Assembly (NCBI RefSeq): GCF_002571385.2
Contig: NW_019217836.1
Coordinates: forward strand, 854,913 to 918,759
Reading direction: 5' to 3'
DNA: 63,847 nucleotides
From: Stylophora pistillata
Taxonomy: Eukaryota
In this document: positions 49,550 through 61,649 of the stretch, in pieces
How the letters are laid out: the number at the start of each line of letters is the position of its first letter
How positions within the stretch are numbered: position 1 is the stretch's first letter
Translations under genes and position numbers: made by a program
Notes under the pieces: generated by a model
The model's database searches: none
The model's input: the letters and a program-made list of their open reading frames with translations, nothing else
Told to the model about the DNA's origin: nothing

Positions 49550-51795
49550 GGCTTCTTACGGCTCATGATGATAATTGCACAATGCTTGTTGAAAATGGCG
49601 ACACGAAAGATACCTCTACCACTAACTCAACCAGTAGATATNNNNNNNNNNNNNNNNNNNNNNNNNNNNNNNNNNNNNNNNNNNNNNNNNNNNNNNNNNN
49701 NNNNNNNNNNNNNNNNNNNNNNNNNNNNNNNNNNNNNNNNNNNNNNNNNNNNNNNNNNNNNNNNNNNNNNNNNNNNNNNNNNNNNNNNNNNNNNNNNNNN
49801 NNNNNNNNNNNNNNNNNNNNNNNNNNNNNNNNNNNNNNNNNNNNNNNNNNNNNNNNNNNNNNNNNNNNNNNNNNNNNNNNNNNNNNNNNNNNNNNNNNNN
49901 NNNNNNNNNNNNNNNNNNNNNNNNNNNNNNNNNNNNNNNNNNNNNNNNNNNNNNNNNNNNNNNNNNNNNNNNNNNNNNNNNNNNNNNNNNNNNNNNNNNN
50001 NNNNNNNNNNNNNNNNNNNNNNNNNNNNNNNNNNNNNNNNNNNNNNNNNNNNNNNNNNNNNNNNNNNNNNNNNNNNNNNNNNNNNNNNNNNNNNNNNNNN
50101 NNNNNNNNNNNNNNNNNNNNNNNNNNNNNNNNNNNNNNNNNNNNNNNNNNNNNNNNNNNNNNNNNNNNNNNNNNNNNNNNNNNNNNNNNNNNNNNNNNNN
50201 NNNNNNNNNNNNNNNNNNNNNNNNNNNNNNNNNNNNNNNNNNNNNNNNNNNNNNNNNNNNNNNNNNNNNNNNNNNNNNNNNNNNNNNATAATAAATAAGT
50301 CTAGTATTAAAGATATTTTAAGAACCTATTAAGAACCTGTTTTGCCTAAGTTGTCAGTAAATACCCCAAAACATAAGAACCTATTTTGCCAGTCATGAAA
50401 AAAACTAGGTTCTTACACGCGGGTTTTACTGTAGTTTAACTGTGCTTGTGTTACATTGTTGTTTAGACGCCAGTTTCGTGATTTTCACTACCAAACTGTC
50501 GTTATTGCGAACAGCGGGTTACCTTAGTTGCCGAAAACGCCCAGTTGAAATATGAATTTCTTTATTGTGAGAATAAAAAGGAGGGTCCCGCTAAACGAAA
50601 ACCGCAAAACCGCCAAAACATCTAGCCGTGAAGCGTAAAATTGGCAAATTTTAACCGTTAGTTGTAAAAAAAAAGTTAAGCGCAGATTTTTTTTCCCATC
50701 TACTATGACTAAAGTGTCATTTTAAAAGTGTTGTCTTGTGGCTACTGCGGTTACGACGGTTACTCAATTTATCTATCCTATCCTGGTACCAAAAACAAAG
50801 ACATTTGGTACAGGCAGGTCCCGCAGAGTGATATTGCGCGAACCGGAAGTGTCTGCTTCTCGCGCGTGGGACGAGTCGACGGACCGCTGACCATTTTTTT
50901 AAGACCTTCAGTTTGTTCATGAATTGTGGCTTTTCCGAAAGCTGTTATCAAGCCTACCAGGAATAAATGGCGTAAGATTGGCCAATCATATTCTTTTAGT
51001 AAGTACGGTGACCTATCTTTTTTATTGTGGTTCTCGAAACAGAGATTGTTGGCAACATTCAAGGAAAGTCAAAGAAATTGTTCGAAAATTTTCATTTCTG
51101 AGGAACCACATTGAAGGTTGAGACTCCATCTTCGGGTGCGAGATATCTCAGTAAAAGAGTTCATCTATCGCGGGGAGAACGCAAGGCTGTAAGACATGAG
51201 AAAGATAAAACGAATGATCCATCCAAAAATATTTAATAAAGATCACTAAGGGAAAAGAGTTAGCGTACGTTAAAGTTACTCACTGAGCAATGCTATCTTG
51301 GGCGTTCTTTAATACCTCATTGAAACTTCATGCAGGTTAAAGGGTCTATCCGCTGCAATAAGCGTCAAAGTTAGTTAACGCACTGTGTTTGAACAGTTCC
51401 ATTAATGCCGTGTAGAACAACACTACTCTATGTTTGTAGCACGCTTTAAATCATCGGCAAGACTCCCCTCACGGAAACACGATACAACATTTTTCTGGAG
51501 GAGGGGAAGGGAAACGGGGTGGAAAGGTTAACTTAAAGATGACAAAAGGGATCGAGTTGAGGTAACACTGAGGAGCTTGAAAAGGTCAATGCGTCAAAAA
51601 TTTTGTCACCGACCGTAGGTATAAAATATAAGTTACCTTAGGGTGAATCAGAAAATTTTGTCATTAATCAACTGCTTTGCATCAAGATAGTCTCGATGGG
51701 GTCTGCCCGTGATGGAAAATCTCTTTTGGTTAACTTTGAGTTAAACTAGCAAAATAATCCATGTAGCACCTTAAATCTTCTTTCATCGACGTCTG

Positions 51796-51957
51796 TACAC
51801 CGAATGCAAATATGGCGTCCAATTTGAGTTGCAATTGTTCTGGACTCACTAGCCTCGTCTTCACGTGGAAACACAAAAGGATTATTACATGTGTTGGAGG
51901 CTAGTGAGTCCAGAACAATGGCAACTCAAATTGGACGCCATATTTGCATTCGGTGTA
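51796..51957. mobile_element. Near-perfect foldback element (~61-bp arms)
   Basis: tacaccgaatgcaaatatggcgtccaatttgagttgc.attgttctggactcactagcctc and its reverse complement differ at one position and are separated by about 40 bp. Confidence 0.85.
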
Positions 51958-52477
51958 TGATAGCGCCAAATATTAATGACAAATCTAAGATCAGTTAATT
52001 CGTTCCCAAATAACCTATTTATTTTCCCTTTATTTCATTTATTTACACTAATGCAGAAATATCTGACTTCCGTTCGGATACACTTAGCTTCGAATAGCGT
52101 GCAAAAACCATAAACTGTTTACTTTAACTTCTGATTTAAATCCAAAAACATTTCTAGCTTTTATTAACCATAAATGTTGGACTCATGTTGATTCCCTCAA
52201 CTCACTCGATTTAAAGTTTGATCTGTATGTCTAATCTTCCTCTTGCCTCTTCTATAACTAATAGGAAATTTGCCTTCTCAAAATTTTGGCATTGCATCGT
52301 TTTAGAAAAAAAACTTAGCTAGTCTTAGATCCCTTTAAGTCGCCGAAAGGTTAAATAGCTCTTCATTCTTGACATCTAACTGGCTTGTGCGGCAGGTTTT
52401 TTTAATGAGTCACATCTCCATGTTGTTGAAGCTAAGTTCACAACATTTTGCACCTATGTGTTACGTTATTGGTTTGC

Positions 52478-55400
52478 TTATTGTCTAACGCGTACACCAC
52501 TCATCCCATAGACTCCACTGAGCATGTCAGCCCTAAAGGTAACAGATACTCGGCACACTCCCACGCGGTAAGGCGTCAGTTTGAAATTTGTTACAACTTC
52601 CTTTCCTTCTGGCACAATTGCACTGAAAAGAAAAATAGACGCGGTTTTTTTGGATTTCTCCCTTAATTTTTTTAGAAAGTTGACATGAGCCATCCTTGGG
52701 TCCAGATTATTCTACGAACAACACCTTAAAAACGATGGATGTGCCGGTAAGTTGGGGCTTTTGCAGATACCGAGCAACAGGGCAAGTCAAGCCGGCATTA
52801 AAGTGGTGGATGGGAAGAATTTTAAGACAACTTCTGCATACTTCAACCTCATCAGTGCCAGTGTAATCGAATTCAAGGCCTTTTATCACAGTAAATTCTC
52901 CTATAGACAAAGAGGTTAGTAATATGCTTCACCTCGCAGCAGGCTCAAATGTTTCGGTGTGTACAAAAAATGAGTAAGCGGTTAAGACAAGTTGTCCTCC
53001 GAACAGCTGTGAACTTAATGGATAATTCAGTTNAAAAATATATGGACTTCATATATATTCATTGTATCTGATTTATCATCACGGGTTTATTACGACTCAA
53101 CTTAATGGCCTGCTCCCAGTTGGCTTGTTAGCTCAATTGGTAGAGCGCTGCACTAGTATCGCAGAGGTCAGTGGTTCGAATCCCGTACAGGCCTGATTTT
53201 TTTCAGGTCTGATTTTCGCTATTGCATAAATAGCGCTATCTACTGCGAAGGATCGTGCATCATACGTATTAATGGATAATACTTACGAATTAGGAATTGT
53301 TTTTGATTTTGGGTTGGCACCCGATGTCTCGATGTACCACTGTCCTCCACTGACTCTGACAGGCAAAGGATTTACAAAAGACACTTTGACCTCAAAGTCT
53401 TGGCCTACTAAGGCCTCGCCACGAGTGATCTGAAAGAATATCAAATTGCAGATAATCTTTACATTACCTTAAATTATTCAAAATCAATTGCTCTAGGGGT
53501 AAACTGAGAATAGAGCAGCGGTCAGCCGTTCTCCGTGATTTTGTACGGAATAGATAGATGGAAAAGTGGAAGCTACCTGATTTATATTTGAGTGAAATCG
53601 ATAAAATCACGGCACTACCACGCAACACTCGTACCAGTTAAACCACCTTCCAGTTAGGGCTGCAAACCGAAATTCCTTTAATATCTTGGTTGGAATTTTT
53701 GTAAGTAAACAGCTCCTGAATGAAACTTTTCAGATCTCTCCATTACTTTCATAGATGTATGCAATGATTGGCCAAATATATTAATAACGACGTCATTTGC
53801 TCATTTACATACTGATGGGCGTGCAGCGAGTCGATAACAGATCGCTTCAAAATTTAAACCAGCTTATCTTACTACTTGTAACGGGGTAATTAACTCGATC
53901 CAGGCTTGCATATAGAAAGATATCAAAGACACGGTACAAGTGTGAGGGGAGAAGTCTTCCTGTTTACCACTGGCAGTGTCTTACTCCGCAAACTTACGCA
54001 CTATTTTAAAGAGTTTTCAGTGTACCCATTTTCTCAACCACACCCAAAAAATTCATTTTTCAGAGTTTGGGGTTGGTTCAAGTCATTTGAAAGTTAGGTA
54101 ACCTACCTCCATGTTTATGCGGGGCTTCTGAAAATCAATTGTGTCATACGAAGCAAACCTCTGCTCACTCTCTTTCACTGTTGCTTTGACATAGATCTTC
54201 AGACCTCCATCGGCTTTACATTTGTCAAGATACAGAGCCGCAGGAATATCCAAGACAAAGCTCCTCTCTGAAGTGGAGTAAATTTACAGTAAAATGATTA
54301 AGAAACAAAAACTCATCTTTCAGGAAGAATTTCACAAGGATTAATGGATGTTCCGCTTACCTTCCCACGGGTCTAAAGTGATCTCAAAGTCTTCCTCTTT
54401 CAAATCCTTGGAAGGAATTCCTGTGTAGAATCCAATCATTGCAGTGATCTTTCCCCTGACTGCCCGACTTTTGTAATTGGTGTTTTTCATCTTCAGTGAC
54501 ACACTTACGTCCTTTCCTATGGGTACATCATCCGGCAATTCGAATGAGAACTTCACGTCCTCTGTCGGGAGTCCATAAATGGCTTGATCCTTGCGGCTGC
54601 TGTACTTGTAGGCCATCTCCACAGCTCGGCGTTCCTGGACAGAGCCTAGTGATGATTGAAATGATAAATAAAGGTGAACACTGACTCATCAATAAACCTC
54701 TTTTCAAGTGAACGGCAGAATAATGAACGTCACCCGTAAAAAATGAAAGGGCACGTGAAAATTAGGAGACGGCCGACTTAACAATGTTAAAGGGTTCGGG
54801 GGAAAACTGAACCATTAAGCTGCTTACGTTGTAATTTGAAGAAGCGCTAACTGTTTGTCTTTTTCGTTTTACTCTCAAGCTTCTTCTTCGTGCTAGGGCC
54901 TCACTTCGCGAATTCTCCTTTCTTTACTTGGATAACGCAATAATGACATGCTAAATCTCATACTATTTCATTTTACTTCAGTTCTTCCAATCAAGAAAGA
55001 CCTGTAGTGATTGCAAAAATGAACCTTAAAAGATGATGTGGCAATACTGATTATGGAAACTAAACCACATAATGACGAATCTTTGAGCCCCTACCATGTC
55101 TTTTGGCGAAATGGTGAACAAATACGCAAGAACATCCCCCGAAAAATTGTGAACGAAGCTGATCAACGAGATCTTTCTATCATTCATATAGCATTATTTG
55201 CTGGGCCATCTCAAGAAAAACATGTCATCCCCGCCTCCATGAACCACTGAGAATACAATGATCTTTACCAAACCAAGAAAGACTCGTCTCCTCTTGACCA
55301 GACATATTTTTGGAGACCTTTACCTTCAGGATGTTTATATTGGTGAGTGATATCATCCCTATCATCGCTGCCCTCAGCTTTGGTGCTTATCATCTTTCCA

Positions 55401-58400
55401 ATGCACTTCTTGTCCACTCTTATTACCTTCATGGATCCTCTCTCTGCAACTTCCCAAAACACGCGGTCGCCATTTACCTCAGCGAACACAAAGGACGTGT
55501 CGAATGGTAAATACACTTCACCTTGTTTGATAGCCTTCACTGAGGCAGGACCACAGCGAAACACTCCTTAAAAGTAAAAAAAAAGGGGTAAGTTTCTAAA
55601 AGAAATTATAGTGCTGCGTCGGCGGGGAGTACAACAAGATAATTTGGTTTTATCAACTGAGTCGATGATGTAAACTGGCAAAAGTAAAGAGTTCGAAAAA
55701 TGACGTTTCGAGCATAAGCCCTTCGTCAGAGCGAATAGAGGAATTGTGGGCTGTGTGTGTGTGTTTATATGCAGAAAATGGAGCTACGCTATTGGTGGGA
55801 ACATGGTAACGAGAAAAACAAGAATAAATTAGTTGAATGAAAAGCGATCGTTGATACTGTGGGGACTGAGTCGAATTAGGAGTGCTGATTTGAAAGTTAA
55901 ATTTTTGTTCTAGAGTTTTGCGGCTTTCTCGTTAATTGTAAAGTTCCCGTTTATCCTTTTGAAAATTCAATGAACTATTTTGCCATATTGATCTCCAACC
56001 CCACATTTCATTTGTGTGACTGTGTGTTTAAGTACGAAAATTCTGACAAGCTAAAAGAAACTCGAGATTAGGAAAGGATGTTGTAAAAATATGCTGTTTT
56101 AGCTTTTCAGATTTTAGGATTAAAAAAAACTTTCCCACCAAAGCTTGTCTCTTGGGGTGTGGCATCATGCGCCTGCCATCCATCATGTCCATCTGGTAAA
56201 TCAGGACGCTTGAACCATGACTCGTTCCACACATGGAAATTCCTGATAACAAACAGATTAAGTGTCGGAATATGAAATCGCATTTCTTCCTTTTAAGTAA
56301 CTGCTGTACCTTTAGAGAAAGTCTAGATGTTGTTCGTCTTGTCACGAACGAGGGACAAAGAAACAATTCCCATGAGTCCTCATGAGGAATCAAACCCTAG
56401 ACTTTCGGATTCCGCGCTCCGATGCTCTACCACTGAGCTACCGGCACTATAGTGAGCAAGGCCCACTAAGAAGTTCATATATGACACGCATCCCATATAC
56501 TGCTAGGATCAGCAATGTCGATAGCGTCATGTTTGTAAACAGAATAAGAAAGATGGTAAATTTCGAGCTCGGTAAGACAGTACCTTTGCTTGTGAAGAAA
56601 AATATATTAGATTGTTTTATCATTAAATTCTGGGACGTAATCTACATGACTGAAGTGTGGAAGCTTTTATTATTAGTGCTATTTAGAAATTATAAAATGT
56701 TACTCAAGAAACTCTTAGCTATATTTGTAAAGCGAGACAGCTTGACAAAAAGTTGGACGCTATTGCAACATGGTAAGCGCACTGGTTGGTGGCTTGGAAA
56801 CTATCTCTTGCGCTCAACAGTTCAGTATTTACTTGTGATGCATGATCCTCGCAGTAGAGAGCGCTATCCATGCAATAGCGAAAATCAGACCTGAAAAAAA
56901 TCAGGCCTGCACGGGATTCGAACCACTGACCTCTGCGATACTAGTGCAGCGCTCTACCAATTGAGCTAACAAGCCAACTGGGAGCAGGCCGTCAAGTTGA
57001 TTCGTAATAAACCCGTGATGAAAAATTAGATATAATGTATATATGAAGTTCATATATTTTGAACTGCGGTATTAGATACGTGTGATGTATTTATAGTTCA
57101 GTATTTATAGTAAACTGTACACGACACTCTAATGCACTGCTGAGTTTTTCTCTAAAAAGATGTGGAATATTTGACAGTATATCTTCTCACCAAACAGAAT
57201 CGTCCATTTCCTTTAGTGGCTTGCCGTCTTGGTCAAAATGGAAGTCAACAGTCATGCTGGCGTCTGAGTCATGCGCTGAGGCGAAGTTTGTTACTGATCG
57301 CGTCGGTATGCCTATTGCCCGCAACACTGGAAAAAAAAAACAAGAATAATTTGAAAAATTCTTAATATGCAATTATATTTACTGGCGGACACCTAGGAAC
57401 CATCGCTCAACAAGTCCAGAGATGAAGATGGAGATGGATCGTCCACCGGCTTCGCATACCACTATTAATCCTAACCAGAATCACTTTCCGCCTCCTCAAC
57501 CCCTAATAGACTGACAATTATTATTTGAAAGATAATTTCGGAAATGAACTTTTGGAGTCCTGCCGCGTGCAGAAAAACATCGGCAAAGTTAGAGCATTGA
57601 AAATTTACGGCCTAAGAAAACAGTGGATGTGTTTTTTCTCATACAGTACGAAGTGCGATGCGACGCGATGACTGCTTGTTACATTGACTAGAACACATAC
57701 ATGTTGTAACGAGTCCTGAAAAGACCCAACACTGAGCAAACTTGACAACATTCTTCTTCTGCCAGAACTTTTCTAGGATGGCGACACTGCCGGACCATGC
57801 TGTCGGAGCAGTCGTGTCTTTGGGATAGTCGTTATCCCAGCGGCCATAAAGAACACCACCGTCTTTATCATTAAAGTTTGCCTACAGGTTTGGACCAATG
57901 AAATTCATTAATTATTCCAAAATACATAAACTGTACTGCCATTGAAATGCAAAAAAACGGTTGATCCATCAACTGACTCAGTCTTACCATGGCAGAGATG
58001 CAGCGCGTGACTCTGACAGGATTTGCACGCGCAGCTGTTCCGAGCTGTCCTCTTTCCAGAAGCCACAAACACGTGTTCAGTGACACATCCTCAAACTATA
58101 AGAGGAAGGAAATGAAAAATGTCTAAGTACTGAAATTACATGAAAAGGATGGGGAGACTATAATTGAGAGATGCTAAAAAATGGTTTTCAAGGAAGCCAT
58201 GGGGGCCAAAGGCCGTGCTACAGGCTGCAAAATTAGGCTTCTTATTGTGCGGTCTGTTTATTCTTGAAGGGTCATTATGCATTTTGGTTAAAGGACAGTT
58301 TACCCATTAAATACTTTTGATATTCCCAGATGTTTCATTAATACCGGTAAATTGTCAACCCTGAAGAAGTGCTGTAACTCAGGTATGGGACAGACTTATA

Positions 58401-61400
58401 TCCCATTTAGAGACGTGACAAATTTGTTAGTCGTCACTCACTTCAAAAAACTGAGAAACACTTTTAAGAGATTTCATATATCTATCTTTGCACGAACATG
58501 AATGCTTCAGTCGTACTTATTCTTACAGTGCGCACTTTATCAACTGACCTGGCCAAAGTTCCATGGCATCCCACAGTTCTTCTTGGCGGTTCCCACCCAT
58601 ATGAGCCCACTGTCATTAAGCACGTATTCCTCGCGCGAGGTTTCTTGGTCCAGACACACAGTGTCATCTTGTAAACGGAAGAAAGACATTACTAGGGTTT
58701 TCTCTTAATGTGTACATCCCAATTTAAGTTAATAAGGGCCACCAAATGAGAATATCGTACTTCCTCGAATATACACCCATGGTCTAATAGACGCCCACGA
58801 TCTATTAAGCGCCTACGCTCTAAAAAGCGCCCTCCCTGAATTAGCACCCACCCCGAGGCCAATCGTTAAACAAGCGTCCCCCTCGAATAAGCGCCTCCCC
58901 TCCTTTATCTCTTTCCTAAATGGTAGGGATACAAGGAAAACCTGTTTCTATTACCACTTTATTTATGACTGTTATAAGTTTTACCTACAGCGGGATCAGT
59001 ACAGGAGAATAGTTTTTCTCAGTTAAGTCATTTCCAGTTATTTCTAACTACATGCGCTTGTAAGGGTTCTTCTATGTGCGCTACCTGCTCTTTAAATTTT
59101 TTTCCTATTGCCGCGCCGATTTAAAAAGCACTCCCCTTGATTGAGCGCCCTCCATCGAATAAGCACAGTTTTGAATAACTGCCCGGGTGCTCATTCGAGG
59201 AAATACGGCAGTCTTCGCTCTTATCAACCAGTGAGTGAGATATATTGAGATATGTAATAACTTGAACAGTTCGTCCATATGAACAGTTCGCCCTATGATA
59301 TTTCAGGATGTACAATGTCATTTAGGGAAATCTTACAAACAAAACTTCTAAAGGTGCATTGAAAAACAAACATGAAAAAAAGTCGGGATCACTTACCTTT
59401 ACACCATGGGTTAAACAACATAATGATTTCCTCCGGATGCTGATAACGAAAATCTGTTTCTTTTTCTACACCCGGCACACTGGTCTTGGTTTCTACATAA
59501 AGGTGGTATCTACCCACGACAGCGTCAGGTGGCGAGGTTATTTGAAGGCGCACCCTTTCTTGATTGGTCTGTGCGATCTTTGCTGACCATGCCCCGTGCA
59601 CAAATTCTCTGGTCAGACTCACTGGCACCCTGATAATGGTTCCTTTACTTTCTTGCGGTCGGTATCCTAAAGGATTAATGGAAGTTTCCAAGTAAGTAAA
59701 ATAGAATAGAAAGAGTTTATTTGGACTTGAAATGGCTGTTTTGAAGAATAGGATGAAGAACTCAGGCATTTGGTCAATTTTTGGCTTTATTTTTCTCGGG
59801 TCTGCGAGTTCAGTTCCATGAGCCTTTCAGGCAACAGCCTGCAGTGTAGGCGTCTTATTAAGCCAAGTTAACGTTTTAAAAGAAGCTCGTAATCAGTTCT
59901 TAACCGGCCATGTTTACTTTGGAGATAGAGGCGACGGTGTGGGGAGGATGGAATATTTGCTGTGTTGCAGAAATATCTAATATCTGCTAAAACTTACCGA
60001 CCGCAAATTGCAAGGTTACTGTATCTTTAGAGGCATCATAAGGCCTGTTGAATATCACTGTGACGTCAAAATCCTGCCCTCTCCTCGCAATCAAGTTTGA
60101 GTGTTCGTATTTGTCAGTGTGGTGGTTACTTCGATTCTCGTCCTTGTGCAGGTCTATATCCTTTGTTGTCAGTTGCTCAGCTGAAAAGATGCATTTTAGA
60201 AGTTGGTAAGACGTTGGCGGGGGGGGAAGCCTTCTTGCAATAGGCTAATGGGGATGTGCCGCTAGATGAGGCCGCATTTTCACGACTGGATTGATTATGA
60301 TGTGGTTCCATTTTTGATAGAGTCAATAAGAACGAAGTCGCAAATTTTGGGATCTTATGGAGTAGGAAAATTCTGGTAATTAGGGATTTAAAAATGGGAA
60401 GATTTGCAGTTACCAGAATGAATAATGTTGACAGTAGAATAGAATATAATGGAATATGAGTTCTAAGAGGCCAGCGGCGCATACCCTGCAAAAATTTACC
60501 TGAGTAGGCCCCTTCACGGGGTGCGTGTTCACAAGAGTTAGTTCCTCGACAAGAACTTGCTAATGATTCCAGGGCATATTTCTCACTGCCTTAGACGTTT
60601 ATTTAGTTTTGAGGAACTACATGATACTTCTAGTTTACGTTACAGGTTGCTTAGGGCAGCTTTGAAAAGTTTTGGACTCATTTTTCAAAGTACGCAAACC
60701 AAGACAAAGCTACCTGAGATTTTAAAAAATGAAAACACAGTCATGTGCGTTTTGAACAACAGACTTGGTTTCGCTCTCCTTTGTGGATGGTATTTTGTTG
60801 AAGTAAAAAGTAAACAAAGAAATAAAATGTAACTTAATTTGTTACCGGTACCATGTTGTTGGTGATTGGATATCGCCAGAGCCTTGCTATTGTTTCGGAA
60901 CTCTCTATCAGAGATCACTATTGCGCGACCACTGACTCCGTCACCTAGCCTGCCACACCTTACACGTTCGGCCTCATCCCTGAAAATTACCATAAATAGA
61001 GACTGAATACGCATGTGCGTATGTCGTATATGTGACGACTCATAATCACATCCTTCGTTCCTAAATTAAACAACATGGTTAAACTTGTATTTACTAAAAA
61101 TCTCCTCACTCCTATCGTGTCACTTCGAAGCTCGAATCCCATCTGTCGTGGAATTCCGCGAGTTTGAACTGTAGGAACTGGGAACTAGCTAGAGGCCTGG
61201 CTGTAAGCTCGGAGGCTTGGCAGCTTAGGAAGTTAGACCGATAACGTGTTTCGAGTGAACGAAAACCTTTGAACAGACGACAATTTTAACTTCGTAGTGG
61301 AATTGTAAATTTAGAGTTTCAACGGAAATGTGACTGCATCCTCGGCGACACCATCGAAGCTATTCAAACCTCTTGTCTGCAATTGCTTAAATTGCTGCTC

Positions 61401-61649
61401 ATACGGGAGGATCATAGCTTTATTTGATTCAGTCTGCAAGTCGAATGAAATTTGTTCCACAAAATTGTACCGCTTTCCCACTGATCTAAATGCTAAAGTT
61501 TCCCTTAGGACATTGCTTTTAGCTTTTCGTTGGCCGAGACGGCTTATTTTTGTTTAGAAAGAGTTTGCTCTCGAGCATATCTTATCAATTTAAACTATTT
61601 ACTGGGACTTGAGACGCTGTGCATGAGAAATTGGCGTCTTGTCCGACAT
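52478..61649 (-). CDS. Protein-glutamine gamma-glutamyltransferase (transglutaminase), about 750 aa; first exon uncertain
   Basis: Exons 59998-60180, 59397-59666, 58549-58667, 57988-58095, 57701-57881, 57191-57326, 56139-56242, 55324-55566, 54361-54645, 54107-54267, 53287-53429 and 52478-52622 are in phase; probable upstream exons are 60846-60979 and 61603-61649. Motifs [29 protein letters not shown], catalytic [27 protein letters not shown] and FVFAEVNGD. Confidence 0.92.
53027..53270 (+). repeat. Family A tRNA-cored repeat, monomer in the last transglutaminase intron
   Basis: The tRNA-like core at 53122-53194 is identical to the array core; the flanks are diverged; N at 53033. Confidence 0.9.
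55583..55930 (-). mobile_element. Penelope-associated repeat carrying a minimal hammerhead ribozyme core
   Basis: The minus strand of 55702-55729 reads CTGACGA-A-GGGC-TTAT-GCTC-GAAAC-GTC. The terminus aagggg(a)taagtttctaaa is also found at 508-545. Confidence 0.7.
56325..56575 (-). mobile_element. tRNA-cored repeat family B, best-preserved copy
   Basis: The minus strand has an internal tRNA-like core (TAGCTCAGTGG A box, TCGGA/TCCGA stem, GGTTTGATTCC B box) with about 130 nt of non-tRNA sequence upstream. Other copies are at 2216-2468, about 27075-27110 and 47470-47630. Confidence 0.75.
56835..57088 (-). repeat. Family A tRNA-cored repeat, full monomer with terminal redundancy
   Basis: Core at 56903-56975; the element begins and ends with tgtgatg, which is part of the unit junction sequence. 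Confidence 0.9.
58756..59208. mobile_element. MITE with cgta.ttcctcgaat terminal inverted repeats
   Basis: cgtacttcctcgaatatacaccc / gggtgctcattcgaggaaatacg, plus internal aataagcgcc-type repeats. Confidence 0.65.

Noticed and set aside
52707-52900. Extra transglutaminase terminal exon ([11 protein letters not shown]...)
   Set aside because: It is open only in phase 1, whereas the upstream exon ends in phase 2; the exon at 52478-52622 completes the C-terminal domain in frame.
13670-61649. A co-functional symbiosis or immunity gene cluster (PhoD, peptide, PHYH, FUT, transglutaminase)
   Set aside because: There is no shared pathway or regulatory evidence in the sequence; adjacency alone is insufficient in an animal genome.
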